This document shows positions 1 to 9,678 of a stretch of 64,000 nucleotides of DNA, one piece after another (positions within the stretch are counted from its first letter, which is position 1; every line of letters begins with the position of its first letter). The notes beneath the pieces were generated by a model, which was given only the letters and a program-made list of their open reading frames with translations, did no database searches and was not told the origin of the DNA. The DNA is from an archaeon. GTDB taxonomy: Archaea > Nanobdellota > Nanobdellia > Pacearchaeales > GW2011-AR1. The position numbers and the translations under genes were made by a program. Where the stretch lies: NCBI GenBank assembly GCA_018653485.1, contig JABHZE010000002.1:56294-120293 (forward strand). Direction: 5' to 3'.

Positions 1-162
1 AAAAGAATTATATTTACTCTTGTCATCCCATTCACTTCTCTTTTCAACTACATCTTTCATATTTTTTCTTAGTTCAACTGACTTTTAAATGTTTTCTATG
101 TCTTAGAACATATATGTTGAATTTCACACTAAACTTTTAAGTTTAATTTAATCTTCAATTAA

Positions 163-1788
163 ATGACTATTAAGAGAAAAATAATTTACGCAGGAAATGC
201 CAACAAATATTATTGGCATTATCAAAATTGGGTCCCAGTTTTAAAAAGACTTTCAGATGAATTTATTTGCTTTGATTATCGGGTTCAACATTTATTGCAT
301 GGGAAAGAATTAATGAATAAAAATTTCTTAAAACTAATCAAAAAGGAAAAACCAGATTTTATTTTTTTTATATTATTTAGGGATGAATTTGATATAGAAA
401 CCCTACTAAAAATAAAAGAAATATCACCAAAAACAAAAATTATCAACTTTTTTGGAGATGATGACATACAATTCGAATCTTTTTCAAGATATTATGCATT
501 AGTTTTTGATTATTGTTTAATTGGGCAAAAACAATTTGCTAAGGATTATAATCACGAGGGGGTATCAAATGTTTTATTTACAACTGGAACAGACAATAAA
601 AAAATAGAATCTTCAAATTTAGCAAAAAAATATGATGTAACATTTATTGGTGCTCCAAAAGATAATAGGGCAGAACTAATCCACCATTTATTAAAAAACA
701 ACATTAATATTTCTCTTTTTGGAAGGGGATGGGAAAATCACCAAGAATTCAAGAAGATATACAAGGGAGCAATAGACAACAAAGAATTATTAAAAATAAC
801 TAATGAAAGCAGGATTAATCTCGGTTTTACAAGAAATTATAGGGGGGAACCGCATTTTAAGGGAAGGGTATTTGAGGTAGCTGCTTCAAATTCATTCATG
901 GTTTTAGAATATTTTAAAACATATTCAGAAATTTTTAAACCAAATAAAGAAATTGTAATGTTTAAGGATAAAGATGATTTATTGAAAAAAGTTAATTATT
1001 ATCTTAAAAACAAAAAACAAAGAGAACAAATTGCAAAATCCGCTTACAAAAAAATTAATGAAAAACATAATTTAGAATCAGAATTAAAAGAATTATTCAA
1101 AAAAATAGAAAAAATAAACTCAAAAAACAAAATTCCAACCTTAAACAAAAAAATAATCCAATTATCTAAAAAACATCTTAATTTATCCAAAAACAAATTA
1201 ATTGAAAAATTAAAAAACATAGATTATGTCTCTTTCAAAAAAGGAAAAGTTAAAAATTATAAATATAAATCCTTTTTACAAGCCTATTCTTTAGAAAAAT
1301 CAAAAAAAGAAATTAGTTGTTGTAATTGTTATGTAAGCAATAAATCTCTTGGGAAGTATCTTTTTTTTCAAACAGATGTAGCATTTGAAAAAAACAAAAA
1401 AGATTTCATAAACCTTATAGATATTAATCAATTAGCAACAACAAAGGAATATTTTTTAGAAAATTTAGAAATATTTAAAAAATTATTCCAAAACAAAAAA
1501 GTAGATTTTTTAAAACAAGAACCTACATTCATAGTCCTCCCATTATTAGAGATTACATCGTTACCCAAAATAAATAAGATAGATTACAATAATCTAAAAT
1601 ATTATTTTAATTTTAAATTTTTATACAAATTATACTCATTAAAACATCATAAAAGGCTTTTTTCAACTGGATATCCTTATGCATTATTATTTCATGCCCT
1701 AAAGGGAAATCATTTTATCTACAAAGGCATATTAGGCAATCTAAAAAACAAAGAAATACAAGGGAAGATTCAAGAAATAAGTAATTAA
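163..1788 (+). CDS. CgeB-like glycosyltransferase (GT-B C-terminal fold) with a K-rich ~250-aa C-terminal extension
   Basis: Central region (FGRGWENH...RVFEVAASNSFMVLEY...KDDLLKKVNYYLKN..REQIAKSAY) resembles the CgeB/DUF3880 glycosyltransferase family. The long lysine-rich tail is low complexity. Confidence 0.45.
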   Translation: MTIKRKIIYAGNANKYYWHYQNWVPVLKRLSDEFICFDYRVQHLLHGKELMNKNFLKLIKKEKPDFIFFILFRDEFDIETLLKIKEISPKTKIINFFGDDDIQFESFSRYYALVFDYCLIGQKQFAKDYNHEGVSNVLFTTGTDNKKIESSNLAKKYDVTFIGAPKDNRAELIHHLLKNNINISLFGRGWENHQEFKKIYKGAIDNKELLKITNESRINLGFTRNYRGEPHFKGRVFEVAASNSFMVLEYFKTYSEIFKPNKEIVMFKDKDDLLKKVNYYLKNKKQREQIAKSAYKKINEKHNLESELKELFKKIEKINSKNKIPTLNKKIIQLSKKHLNLSKNKLIEKLKNIDYVSFKKGKVKNYKYKSFLQAYSLEKSKKEISCCNCYVSNKSLGKYLFFQTDVAFEKNKKDFINLIDINQLATTKEYFLENLEIFKKLFQNKKVDFLKQEPTFIVLPLLEITSLPKINKIDYNNLKYYFNFKFLYKLYSLKHHKRLFSTGYPYALLFHALKGNHFIYKGILGNLKNKEIQGKIQEISN

Positions 1789-1791
1789 TAA

Positions 1792-2817
1792 TCAACAAAC
1801 CCAATCAATACTAGATTCTAAAATATTATCACAAGAATCACAAACCGGAGTCTTAAAATCAAACTTTAATTGTTTTCTCAACAATTTCTTAAAATCCTCT
1901 GAGTTTCTTATCTCTTTAATATCTTGTTTAAGCAAATTTCCAAAAGAAACTTTTGATTCATAATCCCTACAACACATAACCATATTCCCATTAACATCCA
2001 CAGTTATATTGCTCCATAAAACAAAACAAGGCCATCGTTTGTTATGTTTAAATGGAGGTATTTGAATTATGTTCTTAACTCCTCCTGCCCAATCTGAAGG
2101 AACATAAGCACGAACAGAATCTGCGATAGGTTCCCAGAATTTAACAAACTCTTGAACATCATCTTTATTTTCATCTAAAATCATCACAGAAAGATTAGTT
2201 AAAACAGGATGATTCATTTCTCTTCTTCTTTTATGAAAATATAACACATTTTTTTTAGTATTATCATACTCTAATCCCATTATTTTTTTATAATTCTTTT
2301 TAGTCCCATTTATTGAAAAAGTAATCCTATCAACCTTAGCTTTTAATAGTTTTTCACTCAAATCCGGAGTTAAGATTGAAGCATTGGTGTAAATATCAAT
2401 CTTCACATGAGGATATTTTTCATTAATATATTTAATTTTATCAATTACCCCTTTATCCACAAAAGGTTCTCCAAATCCATTCATAGTAATTCTTTTTATG
2501 TCATAACTATTCAAAACATTATCCACAATTTTCTTAAAATCTTCAAAACTCATTAGTTTTTTCTCTCTTTTCATAACCACATGGGGGCACATGATACATT
2601 TAGCATTGCACAAATTGGTATTCTCAATTTGAAGAATTCTCGGCTTTATTTTTTTAGATTTTTTATTAATGGCATTTTGATAAAATCTCTGATAGATTTT
2701 CCCATTTACAAAATTAGAAAAAAAGGTCTGAGTAAATAAGAATTTCTTTATAGCTCTTGAAAGCCCGGTTATTTTTTTATAATATCTAGCTTCCTTTAAA
2801 ATATATTTCACATCCAT
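1792..2817 (-). CDS. radical SAM enzyme with C-terminal SPASM/twitch domain
   Basis: CxxxCxxC motif (LCNAKCIMCPH) near the N-terminus of the core. C-terminal Cys cluster (CFVLW...MCCRDY...CDSCDN) is typical of SPASM. Confidence 0.7.
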   Translation of the reverse strand: MDVKYILKEARYYKKITGLSRAIKKFLFTQTFFSNFVNGKIYQRFYQNAINKKSKKIKPRILQIENTNLCNAKCIMCPHVVMKREKKLMSFEDFKKIVDNVLNSYDIKRITMNGFGEPFVDKGVIDKIKYINEKYPHVKIDIYTNASILTPDLSEKLLKAKVDRITFSINGTKKNYKKIMGLEYDNTKKNVLYFHKRRREMNHPVLTNLSVMILDENKDDVQEFVKFWEPIADSVRAYVPSDWAGGVKNIIQIPPFKHNKRWPCFVLWSNITVDVNGNMVMCCRDYESKVSFGNLLKQDIKEIRNSEDFKKLLRKQLKFDFKTPVCDSCDNILESSIDWVC

Positions 2818-2858
2818 TTATTAAACATCTAATAATTATTTATAAGCATTATTGCACC

Positions 2859-3608
2859 CTACTTCTCAAAAAAACAAACAACAATCCCATTAGCATTATT
2901 ATGGGGAGAATTATACCTTATATCCCTTATACTCTCTAGCCCAACTTCTTTCCATTTATTCCCACTATTAACCCTTTTTAAGAAAAACATTTTTTTTGCC
3001 CCTATCTTATTTGAAAAAACTAAAGAATCCATATATTTGTTATAGCCTAAAGGCATTGTTGCAATAAATTTTCCCTTATAACTTAAAAGACTTTTCAAAT
3101 GATTAATAGCTTTAACAATCTTTTCAGGATTATATTCATCATCATATCCTACATGCTCTAATGTGGAAATACTCATGATTAAATCATATCTTTTTTTAGG
3201 TTTAAAATCAACAATATCTTGGTTTAGAATCCCCTCTCCAGGTTCAAATTTATCTAAAACATCCCATTTAACATCAGCATAATGGGGCAAAACCGCTCCA
3301 ACCTCAAGAACCTTATCAAAACTAACCTTTTTCAAATATTCTAAAAGAATTGGAATCTCTACAATTCTTTCATTATCCCATGTAAGATTATAGGGGTGAA
3401 GGAAATAAGGGAATTTTTTATCATCAAAATAAAAAAATTCTACAGGTTTTTTCTTTAATTTATCAACAATGCTATTTGCAAATCTTTTTTGAAATTTATG
3501 CTTGAAAAATCTACCTGTTTTAACAATTAAAAACATAAATCCATTCTCTTTTAAATCCTCTAAGGCTTTCTCAAAAACACTTCTTTCTAATCTTCCATAA
3601 TCTTTCAT
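2859..3608 (-). CDS. class I SAM-dependent methyltransferase-like protein
   Basis: Motif I-like VLEVGAV and motif II/III-like YDLIMSISTLEHV. No stronger family signature is visible. Confidence 0.4.
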   Translation of the reverse strand: MKDYGRLERSVFEKALEDLKENGFMFLIVKTGRFFKHKFQKRFANSIVDKLKKKPVEFFYFDDKKFPYFLHPYNLTWDNERIVEIPILLEYLKKVSFDKVLEVGAVLPHYADVKWDVLDKFEPGEGILNQDIVDFKPKKRYDLIMSISTLEHVGYDDEYNPEKIVKAINHLKSLLSYKGKFIATMPLGYNKYMDSLVFSNKIGAKKMFFLKRVNSGNKWKEVGLESIRDIRYNSPHNNANGIVVCFFEK

Positions 3609-3668
3609 AGAATTTTACTATACCTGAGATATATAAATCTTTTTAAATTACCTGGAGTTACAATAATC

Positions 3669-4805
3669 ATGAAAAAACCAAAGGTTTGTTTTGTGACTTC
3701 TTTTTTTTATCCCACTTTAGGAGGCGTTGAAACACATATTCAAAATACTGCAAAGGAACTAATAAAATTAGGATATGATTGCGAAGCTTATGTTTCAGAT
3801 ATGGACAGGGATAAAAGAATCTCTGAAAAAAGAGCAATAATTGATGGAATCAAAATAAAAAGATTTAGAAGTTGGATTAAATTTAGTTTTTCAGGGATAT
3901 TCTTCCCAGGTTTATTTCCAGCAATAAGCAAATCCAATGCAGATATATTTCATATACACGGGTACAGACATCCATTTAACTTTATATTTTGGTTTACAAA
4001 AAAACCAGTATTCATAACCCCTCATTGGCCTGTTTACAAGGGACAAAGAGCAAAATGGGCCCAATTAATTGTAGATTTATTAGATAAATATGTAGGAAAA
4101 TACATTTTCAAACATTTTTCAAAAACATGTGTTGTAACAGAGTTAGAATCCCCTTGGGTAGAAAGTTTTGGAGTAAAAAAACAAGACATCATCTTAACAC
4201 CTAATTGCATACCAGATTATTATTTCAAAGAATATAATGGAGAAAAGTTTAGAAAAAAATACAATCTTAAAAAAAATGATTTAGCAGTTGTAACTGTTTC
4301 AAGAATTCATCAAAGTAAGGGAATAGATCAATTAGTAAAAACCGCTAAACATTTTCCAAACGTAAAATTCATAATCATGGGCAAAGATGGAGGATTTCAA
4401 ACACATTTAGAACAATTAGCAAAAAAACTCAACATTCAGAACATAGTCTTCACAGGAGAAATCTCTGAAGAAGACAAACTAGAAGCTTATGCTGGAGCAG
4501 ATATCTTTTGTTCCCCAAGTCATTATGAGGCCTTTTGTATATCAATATTAGAAGCAATGTCACAAGGATGTGCAGTTCTTACAAGTGACGCAGGAGGAAT
4601 GCCATGGGTAGTTGGAAAAGAAGGATTAACATTCAAGGATTACAACCTCAATGATTTCAAAAATCAATTAAACAAATTAATAGAAAACAAACAATTAAGA
4701 GAAAAATTCCAAAAACAAGGCAAAATCAAAGCACAAAAATTCAAATGGAAAAATACTGCTGAAACATTAGATAGGGAATACAAGAAGTATCTAAAACAAC
4801 GATAA
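3669..4805 (+). CDS. glycosyltransferase family 1 (GT4-like, GT-B)
   Basis: N-terminal TSFFYPTLGGVETH and C-terminal E..E motif region (EAFCISILEAMSQGCAVLTSDAGG) are typical of GT1/GT4 retaining glycosyltransferases. Confidence 0.7.
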   Translation: MKKPKVCFVTSFFYPTLGGVETHIQNTAKELIKLGYDCEAYVSDMDRDKRISEKRAIIDGIKIKRFRSWIKFSFSGIFFPGLFPAISKSNADIFHIHGYRHPFNFIFWFTKKPVFITPHWPVYKGQRAKWAQLIVDLLDKYVGKYIFKHFSKTCVVTELESPWVESFGVKKQDIILTPNCIPDYYFKEYNGEKFRKKYNLKKNDLAVVTVSRIHQSKGIDQLVKTAKHFPNVKFIIMGKDGGFQTHLEQLAKKLNIQNIVFTGEISEEDKLEAYAGADIFCSPSHYEAFCISILEAMSQGCAVLTSDAGGMPWVVGKEGLTFKDYNLNDFKNQLNKLIENKQLREKFQKQGKIKAQKFKWKNTAETLDREYKKYLKQR

Positions 4806-4874
4806 ACTCCCACCCCAACAATCCTTAAAAATCCATTTTTGCCCTTAATTTTATATAAATAGAATAATAACCCT

Positions 4875-6419
4875 ATGAGAATCACTTTAATTTCAACAGC
4901 CACATATCCTTCAGACCAAGGAATTAGAACAATATCTTCGGTGCTTAAAAAAGCAGGACATGAAGTAAAAATAATCTTTCTAGCATTTACAGAAGATTAT
5001 ACTAAATCCTATCCAAAACAAATATTTAAACAAATTCTGAATCTTTCAAAAGACGCAGACTTAATTGGGATAAACTCTTTTGCATCTACTGCTCCAAGAG
5101 CAATTCAAGTTTTAAATCAATTAAAAAAATATCTTCCAAATAAACCAATTGTATGGGGGGGAATTCATGCAACAATTTCACCAGAACAATGTATCAATCA
5201 TTGCAACATAGTCTGTGTAGGTGAAGCAGAAGAAACAATTATTGAATTAGCAGAAGCAATTGAAAAAAACAAACCAATAGACAAAATATCCAATTTATGG
5301 ATAAAAAATAAAAAAACAAATAAAATAATTAAAAATCCTGTAAGATTATTAATAGATGATTTAGATTCTTTACCTCCAGTGGATTATGATATTCAAGATC
5401 ATTATATTTTAGATAAAAATAAAATAAGAAAATTTACAGAATATGATTTAGGAGGGCAAATATTCTTTTTAACAGGAAGAGGATGCCCTTATGGATGTGC
5501 TTATTGCAGTAATGATTTATTTAACAAACTTTATGAAGGAAAAAGAAAAAAAATTGTAAGATGGCATTCTCCAGATTATATTATCAATGAAGTAATCAAT
5601 CTAAAAAATAAATTCAAATCATTAAAATATTTTGATATAAGGGATGATACTTTTTCTATGAGAAGTTCAGAACAAATTAAGGATTTTTGTAAACAATATA
5701 AAGAAAAAGTAAATATGAGATTTAAATGTCTTGCAGATCCTCACACAGTTACTCATGAAAAAATTAAAGCACTAGTAGATGCAGGTTGCACAGACATTAT
5801 AATTGGGATTCAAGGAGTTGAGAGAGTAAATAAGGACATTTATCATAGAAATCAAACAGATAATCAAGTTATAGATGCTGCAAAAATAATCAATAAATAC
5901 AAAGATAAGTTAGCTATAATGTATGATGTAATAACCACTAATCCGTATGAAAAACCCGAAGATGTAATCAATATGATTCATCTCCTACAAAAACTCCCTA
6001 AACCCTATTTTCTTTCAGTAAACAATCTTGTCTTTTTCACATCTACCCCTTTATATTGCAAGGCAAAAGAAGAAGGAATAATAAAAAAAGAAGAAGATTC
6101 TGCAGCAAACCTTAATTATTGGGACAGAGCAGCACATATTAAATTAAAAAAGAAAAACATGTATCTTAATCTTATATTGAATCTAATGAGAGGAGTAGCA
6201 ACTAAAAATCGATATGGACTAATGCCCAACACTCTAATCAACTACCTCTTAAAAAAAGAAAAAATAAGAAGAAATTTAAAAAACACAACTTTAACAAAGT
6301 CAACATTAATTTTAGTAGGATTTTCAGACTCAATACGAGAAAAAATTCTTAAACCAACTTATAGAAGCCTCCCCTTAGATTTTAAAGCATGGTATGATAA
6401 AGTTAGGTATCGGGTATAA
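4875..6419 (+). CDS. B12-binding-domain radical SAM enzyme
   Basis: N-terminal cobalamin-binding-like Rossmann region followed by a radical SAM core with CPYGCAYC (CxxxCxxC). Confidence 0.7.
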   Translation: MRITLISTATYPSDQGIRTISSVLKKAGHEVKIIFLAFTEDYTKSYPKQIFKQILNLSKDADLIGINSFASTAPRAIQVLNQLKKYLPNKPIVWGGIHATISPEQCINHCNIVCVGEAEETIIELAEAIEKNKPIDKISNLWIKNKKTNKIIKNPVRLLIDDLDSLPPVDYDIQDHYILDKNKIRKFTEYDLGGQIFFLTGRGCPYGCAYCSNDLFNKLYEGKRKKIVRWHSPDYIINEVINLKNKFKSLKYFDIRDDTFSMRSSEQIKDFCKQYKEKVNMRFKCLADPHTVTHEKIKALVDAGCTDIIIGIQGVERVNKDIYHRNQTDNQVIDAAKIINKYKDKLAIMYDVITTNPYEKPEDVINMIHLLQKLPKPYFLSVNNLVFFTSTPLYCKAKEEGIIKKEEDSAANLNYWDRAAHIKLKKKNMYLNLILNLMRGVATKNRYGLMPNTLINYLLKKEKIRRNLKNTTLTKSTLILVGFSDSIREKILKPTYRSLPLDFKAWYDKVRYRV

Positions 6420-6500
6420 GATTCAATAAACCTATAGCGGCTAACATAATCAATAAAACACTACAATAACAAATAAAAACCCCTTCTTCTAATCATAATC

Positions 6501-8168
6501 ATGGAAACAGAGGATAATAGGGATCAAGTATTGGAAAAAAGAACTGAAAAAATAAAAAACTGGTTTAAAGATCCCTACAATAAAGGATTTTTCTTCATAA
6601 TGGTTTTTGCCATAATTATAAGAATTTTTTATTTTAATTTAACTCAATTTCAACCCGTCTGGTGGGATGAAGCAGAATATATGAATATCGCAAGGGCATG
6701 GGCATTTGGACAAGAATACTGGTTTGACCCTGTAAGACAAATTCTTTTTGCATGGATTACTTCATTATTCCTCAGAATTAATAATTCAGAGTTTTTACCA
6801 AGGGCATTACTAACAATTTTCTCAATTGCATCAGTAAGTGGAATGTATTATTTAGGAAAAGAAATTTATAACAAAAAAATAGGTTTAATTGCATCATTCT
6901 TAATGTCAATTTTTTACTTAAATTTATTTTTCACCTATAGGATCTTAAGTGATATCCCCTCTTTAGTCTTTTTTATAATTCCTGCAATTTTCTTTTATAG
7001 GTATTTCAAAACAAATTCTCATAAGGCACTTTATATCGCTTCAATAACTATTGGTATTGGTACTCTCTTCAAATTAACTACTGCAGCATTATTGTTTGTA
7101 GTTTTAATTTATCTTTTAACAACCGAAAAATTAAAAATATTCAAGAAAAAAGAGATCTGGATTGCAGGATTAATTTTCTTATTAGTTTTATCCCCATACC
7201 TTCTTTGGGGGTATATGGAATACGGTGAATTTGTAATCATGAGTGCTCAAAATACAATTCTAGAATCAACACCAGAGCCATTAACAGTCACTGCCCCAAG
7301 AGTTTTAATGAATTATATTTATTTATTCCCCTCATATTTATTTGGAGTAAATTATAATCCTGCAAACGGGCTGTGGTGGTATTTCTCTATGGTTATTATC
7401 TTTGCATCTCTTGCTTATTTGATTTACAAACCATTTTTAGGGTTTGATATATTATTAAAAAAGAAAAACAAACAATTAAGGAGGGATTACTATCTTGCAT
7501 TATTATTCTTAGTACCATTAATCTTAGTAAGTATCCTAATAACACATAACGAAAACAGATATATCCTAAATTCCTTCCCTGCATTATTTATTCTTACAGC
7601 AGTTTTAATCAATAAAGGCTATTATTACATAAAAAATAAAAAATCAAAGGTTTTTGCAATATTATTTTTAGTAATTATTTTAGGTTCTTTTGCATATGTT
7701 CAACATAAACAAGGAGAAGAGTTAATCAAAGGAAAATTATATTCTTATGCTCAGATTAAGGATGCAGGATTATGGATTAGAGATAATTCCAATCCTTCAG
7801 ATGTAGTCTTTAGCACCAGTGCTATGCAAACAAGATATTATTCTGAAAGAGATGCATTTGATATTCCTGCAACAAGGCCAGAATTAGAATCATTAATTCT
7901 TGAAAAAAATCCAAGATATTATATGGTTTCAGCATTTGAGAGAAGTGCAGAACCAGATCAATGGCTCTATGCTTATCCTAATGAAAAACAAATGAACCCA
8001 GTCCATATAATTTTTGCAGACGTAGAACAAACTCAACCATTTGTTATTGTCTATGAATTTTCTAATGAGAATTCCCAAACAATGGAAAATTTAATTCAAG
8101 ATAATCTTTTAGAAGATTTAAATGATCCTGCACAAGTAGATAATAGTTCTGAGATAATAGAAGCTTAA
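6501..8168 (+). CDS. GT-C family membrane glycosyltransferase (PMT/ArnT-like, GT39/GT83-type)
   Basis: Multi-TM protein with WWDEAEY in the first extracytoplasmic loop, characteristic of the PMT/ArnT-like dolichyl/undecaprenyl-phosphate-sugar transferase family. Confidence 0.6.
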   Translation: METEDNRDQVLEKRTEKIKNWFKDPYNKGFFFIMVFAIIIRIFYFNLTQFQPVWWDEAEYMNIARAWAFGQEYWFDPVRQILFAWITSLFLRINNSEFLPRALLTIFSIASVSGMYYLGKEIYNKKIGLIASFLMSIFYLNLFFTYRILSDIPSLVFFIIPAIFFYRYFKTNSHKALYIASITIGIGTLFKLTTAALLFVVLIYLLTTEKLKIFKKKEIWIAGLIFLLVLSPYLLWGYMEYGEFVIMSAQNTILESTPEPLTVTAPRVLMNYIYLFPSYLFGVNYNPANGLWWYFSMVIIFASLAYLIYKPFLGFDILLKKKNKQLRRDYYLALLFLVPLILVSILITHNENRYILNSFPALFILTAVLINKGYYYIKNKKSKVFAILFLVIILGSFAYVQHKQGEELIKGKLYSYAQIKDAGLWIRDNSNPSDVVFSTSAMQTRYYSERDAFDIPATRPELESLILEKNPRYYMVSAFERSAEPDQWLYAYPNEKQMNPVHIIFADVEQTQPFVIVYEFSNENSQTMENLIQDNLLEDLNDPAQVDNSSEIIEA

Positions 8169-8611
8169 GAAACAATAATTAGTTCTTCTTTTTTCTTAAA
8201 TGCCCATAACAATGAACCAAAATAACTAAAGGGAATACTTGCGATTATCCCAGAAAATGTAGCTATATTTGAATTTAATGTCGTTTCTCCAATTAACCTA
8301 ATGATACTAAAACTAACTAAAAAATTTATGCTTATTGAGATCCCATAAACTACTAAAAATTTCAGAAATTGTTTTTTTATCGGATGCCCCTTTGCAGAAA
8401 ATGTAATGTTCCTATTCATTGAAAAATTATAAATTATGGCAACAGAGGTAGCCATAATTGTTGCAACAATAAAATTAAAACTTATGCCTTGAAAATTTCC
8501 TTTAAGTGCTAAAATAAATAAAAAAATATTAAATACAATCATATGAACTAATGCACTACTGCCTCCAACAAAACAAAATATTACAAACCTTAACATTTCC
8601 TTTTTTTTCAT
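8165..8611 (-). CDS. GtrA-family membrane protein (polysaccharide synthesis/flippase-associated)
   Basis: About 148 aa with 4 TM segments and an N-terminal RFVIFCFVGGSSALVHM pattern typical of GtrA. Confidence 0.55.
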   Translation of the reverse strand: MKKKEMLRFVIFCFVGGSSALVHMIVFNIFLFILALKGNFQGISFNFIVATIMATSVAIIYNFSMNRNITFSAKGHPIKKQFLKFLVVYGISISINFLVSFSIIRLIGETTLNSNIATFSGIIASIPFSYFGSLLWAFKKKEELIIVS

Positions 8612-8628
8612 TTTCTAAATTTTCTTTT

Positions 8629-9645
8629 TTATATCGAAAATATCCACCTATTTGCAATTAACAAAGCAATTAAGCATATAAATATTTGGAATATGAAAAT
8701 TAAATAAATCACATCATTTTCATAGACTTTTCTTTTAAATTTCTTTAATATAAATAAAGATAAATGAGTTAGCCCATAGATTTTTTTATAAGGCATCTCT
8801 AAACTTCCATCTGGATTAGGTTTAGCAAACGACTGTTTTCTTAATCCGCCTCTTAATTTTAATCCAGTCTCAAGAATGTAAGGAATAAAAACAAAAACAG
8901 CAATCCTCTCAAAGTCCCCTAAAATAGCCATTCCTGCCATTAATGCACCAACAGAATATGTTAGAATATCTCCTGGAAATACTTTTGCAGGAACTTTATT
9001 ATAAAAATAAAATACACTTAAACTAGCAACCATGCAAAGCCCTATAATAGCTAACCACCCTGAATTAGTTATATATGCAATAAAAGATAAGAAACTTATA
9101 ATTATTATCCCTTGACCAGCCTCTAATCCATTAAAACCTGCAAGAAAATTAAATGTTATTGCTGCACCGGCAATTCCAATAGGAATTAACACTAAAGGAT
9201 ACAATAAACCAAGACTTACATAACCAATAAAAGGAATATTCATGCTAGCATTTCCAGCATTAATAACTACTAAAGGTATTGAGGCAACAAATGCAAGAAA
9301 AATTCTTATTCTAACACTTAATCCTCCATGTTTCCATCCTAACAAGTCATCTACTAGCCCAACAATTGCAAATAACAATATAACTGTTAATAATGCAAAA
9401 ATTTGAACATTTACCCCATCTCCTTGCATGATAAAAGTTCTTATTGCTATATATGTTAAAACCCCTAAAACAAACGTCATAACAACGATTACACCACCAG
9501 AGGCTGCAACATTTCTGTTTTTATCAGGTTTATTCATATCTTCCCATAACAAACCTATTTTTTTACATTTTACAATCCATTTGGGAAGAGCTAACCAAGT
9601 TAGTATTAAACTAACTAAAAAAGCAACGATTAATAGGTATTCCAT
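8629..9645 (-). CDS. aglH: UDP-GlcNAc:dolichyl-phosphate GlcNAc-1-phosphate transferase (MraY/WecA/GPT family, AglH-like)
   Basis: Polytopic membrane protein with a VDDLLG motif and overall MraY/WecA-like architecture. It lies adjacent to aglB. Confidence 0.6.
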   Translation of the reverse strand: MEYLLIVAFLVSLILTWLALPKWIVKCKKIGLLWEDMNKPDKNRNVAASGGVIVVMTFVLGVLTYIAIRTFIMQGDGVNVQIFALLTVILLFAIVGLVDDLLGWKHGGLSVRIRIFLAFVASIPLVVINAGNASMNIPFIGYVSLGLLYPLVLIPIGIAGAAITFNFLAGFNGLEAGQGIIIISFLSFIAYITNSGWLAIIGLCMVASLSVFYFYNKVPAKVFPGDILTYSVGALMAGMAILGDFERIAVFVFIPYILETGLKLRGGLRKQSFAKPNPDGSLEMPYKKIYGLTHLSLFILKKFKRKVYENDVIYLIFIFQIFICLIALLIANRWIFSI

Positions 9646-9678
9646 ACTTTTTGTTCAATTCTGAGGTTTTTAAAGTTT